Shown: positions 49,888 to 60,649 of the stretch, piece after piece | Numbering within the stretch: the first letter of the stretch is position 1 | How the letters are laid out: the number at the start of each line of letters is the position of its first letter | Made by a program: the position numbers and the translations under genes | NCBI GenBank assembly: GCA_963782055.1 | Contig: CAWAIF010000003.1 | Location: 4,768,001 to 4,832,000 of the forward strand | Direction: 5' to 3' | Length of the DNA: 64,000 nucleotides | Source: an uncultured delta proteobacterium | GTDB lineage: Bacteria; Myxococcota_A; Polyangia; Polyangiales; Polyangiaceae | Notes under the pieces: generated by a model | Databases searched by the model: none | Told to the model about the DNA's origin: nothing | The model's input: the letters and a program-made list of their open reading frames with translations, nothing else

Positions 49888-51096
49888 TCAGCTCCCCTGC
49901 GTCTTGCAGCCGACGACGATCTGGACCTGGTTCTGGTCGTCCGCCTTGATGTCGGTGCAGGCCTGCCCGTAGAGCTGGATGTGGGTCTGGTTGGAGATGT
50001 AGTCCCAGCCGTCCTGGTGCTTGGTGTCGCGGAGGACCTGCTGCGTGCCGTTCTTGGTCTGGATCTGGACGTTGACCTTGGACAAATCCGCCGTGCCGCC
50101 CTGCGGGGTGGGTACCTCGAAGGAGCAGTCGAACGCCTGGAGCGCGATCTGGTCGAAGGCCTGCTGGATGTCCTTCGCGAAGGTCTTGTTGTTGAGGGCG
50201 TAGAAGCAGTCGTCGTTGGCGGAGCAGCCGGCGTAGCGGTCGGTGCCGCCCGCCTGGGCGATCGGGGAGAGGTACTCCGGCCGGGCGCCCTTGGTGCCGT
50301 CGATGACGCCCAGGACGAAGGTGCGCACGCCCGCCTGCTCGCCCGCGGCGGCCGCGTCGACCACGCGCTGGATGTCGTTGGCGTTGGGGTCGTTGCTGTC
50401 GTCGCAGGAGGTGGGGTAGCCGTCGGTCAGCAGCACGACCGACTTGGTGCCGGCGGCCTTGGAGGCCTGCTGCTGATCGATGGCGGCGGTGAGGCCGGCG
50501 GCGAGCGGGGTGCCCCAGTAGAAGTCCTTGTCCGAGCTGGAGACATAGGCCTCGATGTCGCTCACCTGCTGCGGGTCCAGGTTGGCGACCGGGACAGGGA
50601 GCTGGTAGGTCGGCTCGTCGCAGCGGGGGTGGATGCCGGGCAGCTCGCCGTTGGCGCAGCTACAGGTGACGTCGTTGAGCGTGGAGCTGATCCAGCAGCA
50701 GCTGATGGGGGAGTCGCCCTGCGGGAACATCATGGCGCCGGCGCGCGTGCTCGGGGGCAGGGTGCCCAGCAGATCGAAGAGGCCCTTCTTCGTCGCGACC
50801 CAGCGCGTATCGCCGCTCGTCAGCTTGATCTGCATGCTGCCGGAGCGGTCCATCAGGAAGAGGACGTTGCCGGGGGCCTTCTCCGCGGCGTAGACGCCCT
50901 GCGCGTCGGCGCACCAGGGGGGCGGCGCGGCGTCGAGCGGCACGGTGGGCTCGTCCCCCTGACCGGCGTCCGGCGGGTCCGCCGGCTTGGCGGGGATGCT
51001 GGCATCCGGGTCGGCTGCGCAGCCGGCGGCGGGGGCCAGGCAGGCCAGCCCGAGGAGCGCGAGAACCACGAGGGATGTAGGAGCAGGTCGCATCAT
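49888..51096 (-). CDS. VWA-domain lipoprotein
   Basis: Lipobox AAGC; MIDAS DRSGS, TP and LLTDG; Cys-containing C-terminal domain. Confidence 0.88.
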   Translation of the reverse strand: MMRPAPTSLVVLALLGLACLAPAAGCAADPDASIPAKPADPPDAGQGDEPTVPLDAAPPPWCADAQGVYAAEKAPGNVLFLMDRSGSMQIKLTSGDTRWVATKKGLFDLLGTLPPSTRAGAMMFPQGDSPISCCWISSTLNDVTCSCANGELPGIHPRCDEPTYQLPVPVANLDPQQVSDIEAYVSSSDKDFYWGTPLAAGLTAAIDQQQASKAAGTKSVVLLTDGYPTSCDDSNDPNANDIQRVVDAAAAGEQAGVRTFVLGVIDGTKGARPEYLSPIAQAGGTDRYAGCSANDDCFYALNNKTFAKDIQQAFDQIALQAFDCSFEVPTPQGGTADLSKVNVQIQTKNGTQQVLRDTKHQDGWDYISNQTHIQLYGQACTDIKADDQNQVQIVVGCKTQGS

Positions 51097-51188
51097 AGGC
51101 GCCGGCTATACAACATGTGTGCCTAGGTGCGCTAGGCAAATCGGGATCAGCGTGGACGGGAAATTCCGGCATCTCCGTGGGTGTGATC

Positions 51189-51232
51189 GTCCCACATGGT
51201 GTCCCATGTGGGACAAAGGGACACCAGGGACA
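51189..51232. promoter_or_regulatory. Perfect 11-bp inverted repeat plus a GGGAC(A) array in a divergent promoter region
   Basis: GTCCCACATGG-tgtc-CCATGTGGGAC (51189-51214); GGGACA at 51210, 51218 and 51227. Confidence 0.5.
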
Positions 51233-51287
51233 TGGACCGTCGGCGATCCAACCCCCCGAGCCGTCCGGGTCTTCACGGCGTGCGGCC

Positions 51288-51323
51288 GTCGTCGGACTGC
51301 GAGCATGCTAGCGGTCCGGCGGC
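51288..51323. repeat. Third copy of the ~30-bp palindromic element
   Basis: 51293-51322 matches 25139-25168 at 28/30 positions. Confidence 0.75.
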
Positions 51324-51359
51324 GCAGCCCGGCTGCGGGGGCGGTGGTAGGGTGCCGGC

Positions 51360-52727
<1,368 letters not shown>

Positions 52728-52798
52728 CTGTACGGATAGTGGTTCTCCCGTATTTACCGGACGGACCGTCGGGGTCACAGATTGGGGGGGTCAGAATC

Positions 52799-53347
52799 AT
52801 GCTCTCGAAGCGTTCGATCGCGTTGCCTCGGCACGTCTCTCTCGCCCAGGTGGCCGACGCCTCGCGAGACGCGGTGCGTGCATTCCTCGAACTGGACGCG
52901 ACCAAGCCGACGCTGGCGGCGTGGCTGCGCGGCCCGTACCGGGAGGCGACGCGCTTCGGGCCGCGACGGATGGTGACGCCGCCCAGCGAGGGCAACACCG
53001 AGCCGCGCGGCGCCATCGTCGCCGCGGCGCAGGCGGAGGTGACCGCGGCGGTCCGCATGGCGCTCGCGGCGCGCGCGACCGAGGATTTGGTGCGCAAGCT
53101 CCCGCCGGTGGTGCACATCGTCCCCGCGCACGACACCTCCGGGGCCCGGGGGTTCGTCCCGATCGACGCGCAGGGCGGGCGCCTGGCGGACAGGGTGATC
53201 GCCCTGGTCCTCGCCGACTACCTCACGCGCCCCCGCGACTTCGTCGCGCGGCCGGTGCTGGCGGAGGACGTCCGTCCGCCGCACAAGCGGGCGGTCGCGC
53301 AGAACGCGCCGACGCAGCCGCAGATGCCGGCGGTGCGCCGCAAGTGA
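52799..53347 (+). CDS. Hypothetical protein
   Basis: Intergenic part of ORF 52574..53347 from ATG 52799; host-like codon usage. Confidence 0.55.
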   Translation: MLSKRSIALPRHVSLAQVADASRDAVRAFLELDATKPTLAAWLRGPYREATRFGPRRMVTPPSEGNTEPRGAIVAAAQAEVTAAVRMALAARATEDLVRKLPPVVHIVPAHDTSGARGFVPIDAQGGRLADRVIALVLADYLTRPRDFVARPVLAEDVRPPHKRAVAQNAPTQPQMPAVRRK

Positions 53348-53356
53348 GCGGGGCGA

Positions 53357-54634
53357 TCACTCGGGGATGTCGCGCGTGAAGCCGCGCTCGACCTCGGCGT
53401 AGTCGACGCTCACGTCCAGCCGGGCGAGCACCGAGTAGAAGCCGAAGTTGAGGCGGTTCATGAAGAAGACGTCCTCCGAGATGGGCGCGACCTGCGCGGC
53501 GGGGAGCTTGCGCGCCCTGGCGAGCGTCTCCTTGAAGACCTCGACGAGGCTGCCCGCGTAGGGGCGGGTGATCCGGAACGGCCGCTCGAAGAGCGGATCG
53601 AAGCACCGGCGGACGAAGTTCGCCATGAGGTCGTCGTAGGGGCCGGGCTCGAGCTCCAGCATGCGGCGCAGGCCCTCGCGGAAGGCGCGATCGTCGCCGG
53701 CGATGGCGGCGCGGTGCATCGCCGCGGCGCCGAGCTGCTGCGTCCGGGGGATGGGCTGGACGCAGCCGAAGTCCAGGAAGCTGATGCGCCCGTCCTCGTG
53801 GAAGAAGTAGTTGCCGGGGTGCGGGTCGGCGTTGAACCGGCCGCCCACCAGGTTGCCCTTGAAGACGAAGCGCCAGAGCGTCCGGGCCCACTCCTCGCGC
53901 TCGGCCTCGGCCGCGGCGCAGGCGTCGTCGAAGGAGCTGCCCCGCACCAGCTCGGTCGTCAGCACGCGCGCGGCGCTGCGCTCCGCCACCACGCGCGGGA
54001 CGTGGATCTGCGGGTCGCCCGCGTGGACGCCGGCGAAGAACACCTGGTGCTCGGCCTCCAGGCGGTAGTCGAGCTCCTCGCGGAAGCGCGTGCGGATCAC
54101 CTCCAGCACCGCCTTGGAGTTGAAGCGGCGCGCGCCCATCGCCCCCGCCATCTGCTCGACGATGCCCGCGTTCTGCAGGTCGGCCTCGATCGCCCTGGTG
54201 ATGCCGGTGTGCTGCACCTTCACCGCGACCTCCACGCCGTCCGGGAGGCGCGCGCGGTGGACCTGGCCAATCGACGCGCTGGCGAGCGGCTCGTCGTCCC
54301 ACTCGGCGTAGAGGCGATCGACGGGCGCGCCCAGCTCCTCCTCGACCGTGGCGCGGATCTCCTCGATGGAGGTGGTGGGCGCCGCGGCGCGGAGCTTCTT
54401 CATCGCCGCCTCGTAGGCCTCGCGGTGCTCCTCCGGGACGACGCCGTCCACGTACGACGCCATCTGCCCGACCTTCGCCGCGAGGCCGCGCAGGGTGCCG
54501 AGGATCTCCGCGGTGCCGTGGGCGGCGCCCTCGCTCCCGTGGGAGAGCAGCAGGCCCGCGCCGCTGCGGGCCCCGGCGGCGGCGAAGCGCGCCAGCCGAC
54601 CCAGGCGACCCTGCGGGACGCGGCGGGAGCTCAA
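53357..54634 (-). CDS. ABC1/UbiB-family atypical kinase
   Basis: [31 protein letters not shown] and LDFG. Confidence 0.93.
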   Translation of the reverse strand: MSSRRVPQGRLGRLARFAAAGARSGAGLLLSHGSEGAAHGTAEILGTLRGLAAKVGQMASYVDGVVPEEHREAYEAAMKKLRAAAPTTSIEEIRATVEEELGAPVDRLYAEWDDEPLASASIGQVHRARLPDGVEVAVKVQHTGITRAIEADLQNAGIVEQMAGAMGARRFNSKAVLEVIRTRFREELDYRLEAEHQVFFAGVHAGDPQIHVPRVVAERSAARVLTTELVRGSSFDDACAAAEAEREEWARTLWRFVFKGNLVGGRFNADPHPGNYFFHEDGRISFLDFGCVQPIPRTQQLGAAAMHRAAIAGDDRAFREGLRRMLELEPGPYDDLMANFVRRCFDPLFERPFRITRPYAGSLVEVFKETLARARKLPAAQVAPISEDVFFMNRLNFGFYSVLARLDVSVDYAEVERGFTRDIPE

Positions 54635-55689
54635 TCGCCGCGCCCTTCGGGCCGTCGGCCAGCCTGCGGCCGCACCTGCCCGGTGCCGACCGCCTCACGG
54701 ACCCGCGCGATGACGGGTGCGGCGACGGCGCGCGCGCGCTCCGCGCCCTCGCGCAGGATGCCCTCGACGTGCGCGGGGTCCGCCGCGAGCTCCGCCCGAC
54801 GCGCGCGCGCCGGGGCGAAGGTCGCGTGGAAGAGATCGACGAGCTGCTGCTTGTAGTGGCCCCAGCCCTTGCCGCCCTCCCGGAAGGTGCGGTCGACCTC
54901 CGCCATCTCCGGCTCCGAGGCGAAGAGCTTCAGCAGGGCGTGGATGGGTGTGGCGGCGGGGTCCTTCGGCGCCTCCAGTGGGGTGGAGTCGCTCTTGATG
55001 CTCATGATCTGCTTCTTCGTCGTCTTGTCGTCGGAGAACAGATCGATGGTGTTCTTGTAGCTCTTGCTCATCTTCTGCCCATCCAGGCCGGGCACCACGG
55101 CGGTCTCTTGCTGGACGAGCGCGCTGGGGAGCTTGAGGATGCCCTCCACCTTCCGGGTCTCGTCGTGCTCGTCGCGCTTGGGGTCGTAGCCGGGGACGTA
55201 GGCGAGGTTGAACTTGGTCGCGATGTCGCGCGTCATCTCCAGGTGCTGCACCTGATCCTTGCCGACGGGCACGGCGTCCGCCCCGTAGAGCAGGATGTCG
55301 GCGGCCATGAGGACCGGATAGGTGAAGAGACCGGCGTCGGGCGAGATGCCCTTGGCGGTCTTGTCCTTGTAGGAGTGTGCGCGCTCGAGGAGGCCCATGG
55401 GGGTGATCACGGCGAGGTACCAGAAGAGCTCGGGGATCTCCGGGATGTCCGACTGCCGGAAGAGCACCGCCTTCGTAGGGTCGAGACCGAGCGCGAGGTA
55501 GTCCAGGGCGACGTCGGTGGCGAGCGCCCGCATGGCCGCCGGATCGCGGACGGTGGTCATGGCGTGGAGGTTGGCGATGAAGAAGAGCGCTTCGTTGTGC
55601 TCCTGCAGTCGGATGAACTGCCGGATGGCGCCGAAGTAGTTGCCGATGTGCAGCTTTCCAGAGGACTGAACGCCCGAGAGGATGCGCAT
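54631..55689 (-). CDS. trpS: Tryptophan--tRNA ligase
   Basis: HIGN, YPVLMAADIL, VPVGKDQ.QH and KMSKS. Confidence 0.96.
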   Translation of the reverse strand: MRILSGVQSSGKLHIGNYFGAIRQFIRLQEHNEALFFIANLHAMTTVRDPAAMRALATDVALDYLALGLDPTKAVLFRQSDIPEIPELFWYLAVITPMGLLERAHSYKDKTAKGISPDAGLFTYPVLMAADILLYGADAVPVGKDQVQHLEMTRDIATKFNLAYVPGYDPKRDEHDETRKVEGILKLPSALVQQETAVVPGLDGQKMSKSYKNTIDLFSDDKTTKKQIMSIKSDSTPLEAPKDPAATPIHALLKLFASEPEMAEVDRTFREGGKGWGHYKQQLVDLFHATFAPARARRAELAADPAHVEGILREGAERARAVAAPVIARVREAVGTGQVRPQAGRRPEGRGD

Positions 55690-55755
55690 TGGCGGCACCA
55701 TAGCGCAAACGCGGAACTTGTCGGCGCGCCGGTCGTCTACCACCATGGTACGGAC

Positions 55756-56493
55756 GTGCGACGCGCCTCCCCCCTGCTCTTCTTCGGCCTCTCCGCCGCC
55801 CTCCACGGGGCGGTGTTCACCGGGGTCTGGCTGAGGCCGCGGGCGAAGGCGGTCGCCGACCCGACGCCGGTGCTCACCGGAGACACCTTCGACGTCACCG
55901 AGGTGATCGAGCAGGCGCCTCCTCCCCCGCCCGCGCAGGTGGACCCGGAGCCGCAGGCCACCGCGCCCACCCGCGCGGTCGCGCCGCCGCGCCACGCCGC
56001 CGCGGTCGCCACCGCCGCTGGGTCCGGCACCGCCACCGCGCCCACCCCTCCCCCGCTCACCTACGGCGCCGTCGGGGAGCGGGCCGCCGTCGCCGTCGCG
56101 GTGGCCTTCACACGCGCCTTCCCGCAGGCGTCCAGCGGCGATGCGGTGTGGGCGAGCGTGCCCTTCGGGGACGCCGGCTCCGCCGACATCACCTTCCGGA
56201 TCGAGGCGGACGGCAAGCTGGCGCACTACACCGTCTCCGGCGACGCGTCCCCCGCCCTCCGGCGCGCCATCGTGCGCACCATGGCGCTCATCGACGGGCG
56301 GAGCTTCGTCGCGACCGGGCCGGTGACGCACCTGCACGTGAGCAGCCGGGTCTCCCCCGACGCGGTGCACGACGGCCTGCACGGCGACGTCTTCGCCATC
56401 GGCGGCACCTTCACCAGCGGCGAGGGGAGCGCCTTCTTCGCGCTCTCCATCGGGCGGCGCGTCGACGTGACGGTGCGCGAGTCCGCCAGGTAG
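55756..56493 (+). CDS. Hypothetical protein with TonB-like architecture
   Basis: N-terminal TM with S..LH, Pro/Ala-rich linker, ITFRIEADGK beta-motif. Confidence 0.55.
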   Translation: MRRASPLLFFGLSAALHGAVFTGVWLRPRAKAVADPTPVLTGDTFDVTEVIEQAPPPPPAQVDPEPQATAPTRAVAPPRHAAAVATAAGSGTATAPTPPPLTYGAVGERAAVAVAVAFTRAFPQASSGDAVWASVPFGDAGSADITFRIEADGKLAHYTVSGDASPALRRAIVRTMALIDGRSFVATGPVTHLHVSSRVSPDAVHDGLHGDVFAIGGTFTSGEGSAFFALSIGRRVDVTVRESAR

Positions 56494-56512
56494 CCGTGAT
56501 ACCGTCCGCGCC

Positions 56513-57856
56513 GTGAGGCTGGAGTGGGCGCGGCGTTGGCTCGAGCGACCGGCCGCGCGGGCGCTCGTGGTCGCCGCGCTCGCCGCCCTCTTCCTCGGAG
56601 GAGCGCTGGCGCAGGCCACGCGCGTCAACCGCGACTGGCGCCGCCACGACCAGGACTCGTACATCGCGTATGCGCGGCTCGTCCACGACAGCCACGGCGC
56701 GGCGGTCGGCAACCGGCTCCAGATGCCCGCGCTCCCCGAGCTGCTGTCGCTCTTCTACCGCGACGGCGAGTCGCCCGGCGCCTTCTTCCCGCGCGCCAAG
56801 CTGGTGTGCATCGCGCTGGGCGCGCTCGCCGCGGCTTTCTCGGCGCTCATCCTGTGGCGCCGTCTGCCGCGCGCGCCGGCGATCGCGGTGGCGCTCGTCG
56901 CCGTCTTCTTCGTCTTCGCCTTCCGCGCGGGGTACGTGCAGGCGGAGCCGCTCTCCTACGCGGCGACCTTCGCGCTCTTCGTGGCGATGTGCGACGCGTG
57001 GGCGCGGCCCTCGTGGGCGCTCGCGGCGGGGATTGGCCTGCTTCTCGCGGCGGCGTTCATGGTCAAGGCCACCGCCCTCGTGGGCTTCTACGTGCTGGCG
57101 CTGGCGGTCGCGGTGCGCGCGGCGGTGCTGCTCGTACGGCGCCGGGATCCGCGCGCGCTGGTGCCGGCGGGCCAGGTCGCCCTCTCCTTCGCGATCTTCC
57201 TCGCGGCCATCTGGCCGTACGCGAAGAACAGCCGGCGCGTCTTCGGCCATTACCTCTACAACATGAGCTCCACCTATGTGATGTGGTGCGACTCGTGGGA
57301 GCAGTTCCTCGCGCTGCAGGCGCGGCTGGATCTGGTGCACGAGGGGCCCTCGCTGCCGCCCGCCGAGGTGCCGTCGATGGCCACCTACTGGCACACCCAC
57401 ACCCTCGGGCAGATGGCGTGGCGCGAGACGCGAGGCCTGGGCGAGGTGCTCGGCAACTGCCTCATCTCGCACGGCTACGCCCTCTTCGCGCTGCTGTACC
57501 TCGGCGTGCTCGTCGCCATGGTGCGCAAGTACCCGGAGGTGCGGCGCGGCCTCTTCCGTCGCGACGCGAGCGCGCAGGCGTGGTTCGTGGTGCCGTACCT
57601 GCTGCTCCACCTGGTGCTCTTCGGCTGGTATGGCCCCATCGCCGCGGGCAACCGCTTCATCCTCGGCATCTTCCTGCCCGGCATGTACGCCATCGCCGCC
57701 GGGCTCTCCGCCCACACGCGCCCCGAGCACACCCTGACGGTGCGCGGCACGCCGCTCGACTGGACGAAGATCAACGTCCTGGTCATCGTCCTCGTGGCGC
57801 TCCACCTCGTCGTGTACTTCCCCTACGCCGTCGCCACCCATTACTCCGGCGGCTGA
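56513..57856 (+). CDS. Polytopic membrane protein, possibly a GT-C (ArnT/PMT-like) glycosyltransferase
   Basis: Many TM helices; DQDSY loop, QAEPL, MVKAT, GNRF. Confidence 0.65.
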   Translation: MRLEWARRWLERPAARALVVAALAALFLGGALAQATRVNRDWRRHDQDSYIAYARLVHDSHGAAVGNRLQMPALPELLSLFYRDGESPGAFFPRAKLVCIALGALAAAFSALILWRRLPRAPAIAVALVAVFFVFAFRAGYVQAEPLSYAATFALFVAMCDAWARPSWALAAGIGLLLAAAFMVKATALVGFYVLALAVAVRAAVLLVRRRDPRALVPAGQVALSFAIFLAAIWPYAKNSRRVFGHYLYNMSSTYVMWCDSWEQFLALQARLDLVHEGPSLPPAEVPSMATYWHTHTLGQMAWRETRGLGEVLGNCLISHGYALFALLYLGVLVAMVRKYPEVRRGLFRRDASAQAWFVVPYLLLHLVLFGWYGPIAAGNRFILGIFLPGMYAIAAGLSAHTRPEHTLTVRGTPLDWTKINVLVIVLVALHLVVYFPYAVATHYSGG

Positions 57857-57939
57857 GATCCCTTCCCTGGCGTCCGCCCGCGCCGGGCGCCCGGCGCGCG
57901 GCCCTTTACGCCGGGCACCTCCGCGGCCTATGCACCCCC

Positions 57940-60642
57940 ATGGCCAAGACGCCCGCGGCCGGTGGGCCCTCCCTCCCCGCTCCCGGCACCGACAACGTCC
58001 TCTTCCTCATCGACCTGTCGGGCTACGTCTTCCGCGCGTACCACGCGCTGCCGCCGCTCTCCTCCACCAGGGGCGAGCCCACCCACGCGGTGATGGGCGC
58101 GGTGACGATGCTGCAGAAGATCGTCAACGAGAAGCGGCCGAGCATGCTCGCCGTCGCGATGGACTCGCGGCGCAGCTTCCGCAAGGACCTGGACGCCCGC
58201 TACAAGGCCACGCGCCCGCCGCCGCCGCCGGACCTGAGCCAGCAGATGGCGCGCTGCGAGCAGGTCGTGCGCGCGTACAACATCCCGGTCTACCAGCAGG
58301 AGGGCTTCGAGGCGGACGACGTCATCGCCGCCGTCGTGATGCGCGCGACGAAGGAGGGCGTGCGGGTCGTCATCGTCAGCGCCGACAAGGACCTGATGCA
58401 GCTCGTCCACGACGAGGACCAGCAGGTCCTGATGTGGGACTCGATGCGCGACCGCGTCTACGGCCCGCGGGAGGTGACCGAGAAGCTGGCGGTGCGCCCC
58501 AGCCAGGTGCGCGACTACCTCGCGCTCACCGGTGACAGCTCCGACAACGTGCCCGGCGTGCCCAGCGTGGGTCCCAAGACGGCCAGCGATCTCCTGCGTG
58601 ACTACGGCACGCTCGAGGGCGTGTACGCTCACCTGGGCGACATCAAGCGCGCCAAGCTGCGCGAGGCGCTGCAGACGCACGAGGGCGACGCGCGCATCTC
58701 GCAGAGGCTGGTCACCCTGGAGGCGGACGTCCCCATCGCGTGGGACAAGGAGCACCTGCGCTACGGCGGCGCGGACCAGGACGCGCTGCGCGCCCTCTTC
58801 ACCGAGCTGGAGTTCACCCGGCTGCTCGACAAGCTGCCGCCCCCCGCGCCGCAGAAGCGCGCCTTCGCGATGGTCGGCGACCGCGCGGCGCTGGAGCGCG
58901 TCGCCGCGGAGGCGAGGGCGACCAGGACACTCGCGCTGCACGTCCACATGACCGAGAGCGATCCCCACCGCGCGGCCATCGTGGGCGTCGGCCTCGCGAC
59001 CGGCCCGGGCGTCGGCCTCTACGCGCCGGTGGGCCACCGCTACCTCGGCGCGCCCAAGCAGATCGGCCTCGGCGACCTGCGCGAGGTGCTCGGCCCGGTG
59101 CTCGTCGATCCCGCCGTCACCAAGCAGGCGCACGACATGAAGACCAACGAGGTGGTCCTCGCGCGCCACGAGATCCCGCTCGCCGGCCCCGTCTTCGACA
59201 CGCTGCTGGCCGCCTACCTGCTCGATCCGGAGGCCCCCATCGGCCTCGTCGAGCTGGGGCGGCGCGAGCTCGGGGTGGACCTGCCCACCGCGCAGCCCGC
59301 GTCGAAGAAGGCGCTCTCCTTCGAGTCGCTGGACGTCGAGCACGCCACCGAACTGGCCGCGCCGGCGCCGGAGGCCTGCGCGGCGCTCGCCGCGCGCCTG
59401 GCGCCGCGGCTGGACAGCGAGGGGCTCGGCCCGCTCTACCGCGACGTGGAGGTCCCGCTCTCGCGCGTGCTCGCCGAGATGGAGCTCGCCGGCGTGCTGG
59501 TCGACACCGCGCAGCTCGGCGTCATCGGCGCGCGCGTGGGGGAGGAGCTGCGCCGCGTGGAGGCGCGCGCCAAGGAGATCGCCGGCCGCGAGTTCGCCAT
59601 CCGGTCGCGCGATCAGCTGGAGACCATCCTGTTCGATCAGCTCAAGCTGCGCGTCGTCAAGCGCACGCCCAAGGGCGGCCGCTCCACCGACGCCGAGGTG
59701 CTGGAGGAGCTCGCCGGGGAGCACGAGCTCGCGCGCGTGGTGCTCGACTTCCGCGAGATCGACAAGCTGAAGGGCACCTACATCGACGCGCTCCCCCGCT
59801 TCGTCAACCCGAAGACCGGGCGCATCCACACCCGGTTCAACCAGGCCGTCGCGGCGACGGGCCGCCTCGCCTCGAGCGATCCCAACCTGCAGAACATCCC
59901 CGTCCGCAGCGAGCTCGGGCAGGAGATCCGCTCCGCCTTCGTCGCGCCGCCGGGGTGCGTGCTCGTCTCGGCGGACTACTCGCAGATCGAGCTACGCGTG
60001 CTCGCCCACCTCTCCCACGACCCGATGCTGGTGGAGACCTACCGCACCGCGCAGGACGTGCACGCGCTCACCGCGTCCATCGTCTTCGGCGTGGAGCGCT
60101 CGGCGGTCACCTCCGACATGCGACGCAAGGCCAAGACGATCAATTTCGGCGTCATCTACGGCATGGGCGAGGCGGCGCTCGCCCGGCAGCTGGACATCCC
60201 GCGCGCGGACGCGGCGCGCTTCATCGCGGCGTACTTCGAGCGCTACGAGGGTGTCGCGCGGTTCATGGAGGGCGCGGTGGAGAGCGCGCGGCGCGGGGAG
60301 GCGGTGCGCACGCTGCTCGGCCGGCGCCGCTTCCTGCCCAACCTGCACTCCGCCAACCGCGGCCTGCGCTTCGAGGCGGAGCGCATCGCGCGCAACACGC
60401 CCATCCAGGGCACGGCGGCGGACATCCTGAAGCTGGCGATGGTGCACCTCGGCAAGGGTGACGTCGTCCCCGGCGCGCGGATGGTGCTGACGGTGCACGA
60501 CGAGCTCGTCTTCGAGGTGCCGGAGGAGCGCGCGAAGGAGGCGATGGGCCGCGTGAAGGAGGCGATGGAGGCGGCGATGAAGCTGGACGTCCCCCTCGTC
60601 GTCGACGTGGGCAGCGGGAAGAACTGGGCCGCCGCGCACTGA
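57940..60642 (+). CDS. polA: DNA polymerase I
   Basis: 5'-3' exonuclease (FRAYHA, EADDVI, GDSSDNVPG); polymerase motifs TGRLASSDPNLQNIP, DYSQIELR, K.INFG.IYG and VHDEL. Confidence 0.97.
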   Translation: MAKTPAAGGPSLPAPGTDNVLFLIDLSGYVFRAYHALPPLSSTRGEPTHAVMGAVTMLQKIVNEKRPSMLAVAMDSRRSFRKDLDARYKATRPPPPPDLSQQMARCEQVVRAYNIPVYQQEGFEADDVIAAVVMRATKEGVRVVIVSADKDLMQLVHDEDQQVLMWDSMRDRVYGPREVTEKLAVRPSQVRDYLALTGDSSDNVPGVPSVGPKTASDLLRDYGTLEGVYAHLGDIKRAKLREALQTHEGDARISQRLVTLEADVPIAWDKEHLRYGGADQDALRALFTELEFTRLLDKLPPPAPQKRAFAMVGDRAALERVAAEARATRTLALHVHMTESDPHRAAIVGVGLATGPGVGLYAPVGHRYLGAPKQIGLGDLREVLGPVLVDPAVTKQAHDMKTNEVVLARHEIPLAGPVFDTLLAAYLLDPEAPIGLVELGRRELGVDLPTAQPASKKALSFESLDVEHATELAAPAPEACAALAARLAPRLDSEGLGPLYRDVEVPLSRVLAEMELAGVLVDTAQLGVIGARVGEELRRVEARAKEIAGREFAIRSRDQLETILFDQLKLRVVKRTPKGGRSTDAEVLEELAGEHELARVVLDFREIDKLKGTYIDALPRFVNPKTGRIHTRFNQAVAATGRLASSDPNLQNIPVRSELGQEIRSAFVAPPGCVLVSADYSQIELRVLAHLSHDPMLVETYRTAQDVHALTASIVFGVERSAVTSDMRRKAKTINFGVIYGMGEAALARQLDIPRADAARFIAAYFERYEGVARFMEGAVESARRGEAVRTLLGRRRFLPNLHSANRGLRFEAERIARNTPIQGTAADILKLAMVHLGKGDVVPGARMVLTVHDELVFEVPEERAKEAMGRVKEAMEAAMKLDVPLVVDVGSGKNWAAAH

Positions 60643-60649
60643 TGGCGTC

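Noticed and set aside
54631..56712. TrpRS with a 340-aa N-terminal extension
   Set aside because: The extension is the antisense reading of the divergent gene at 55756-56493; TrpRS starts at MRILSG (55689)
56524..57939. 1372-aa PolA with a large N-terminal extension
   Set aside because: The extension is a shadow frame of the upstream membrane protein gene; PolA motifs begin after ATG 57940
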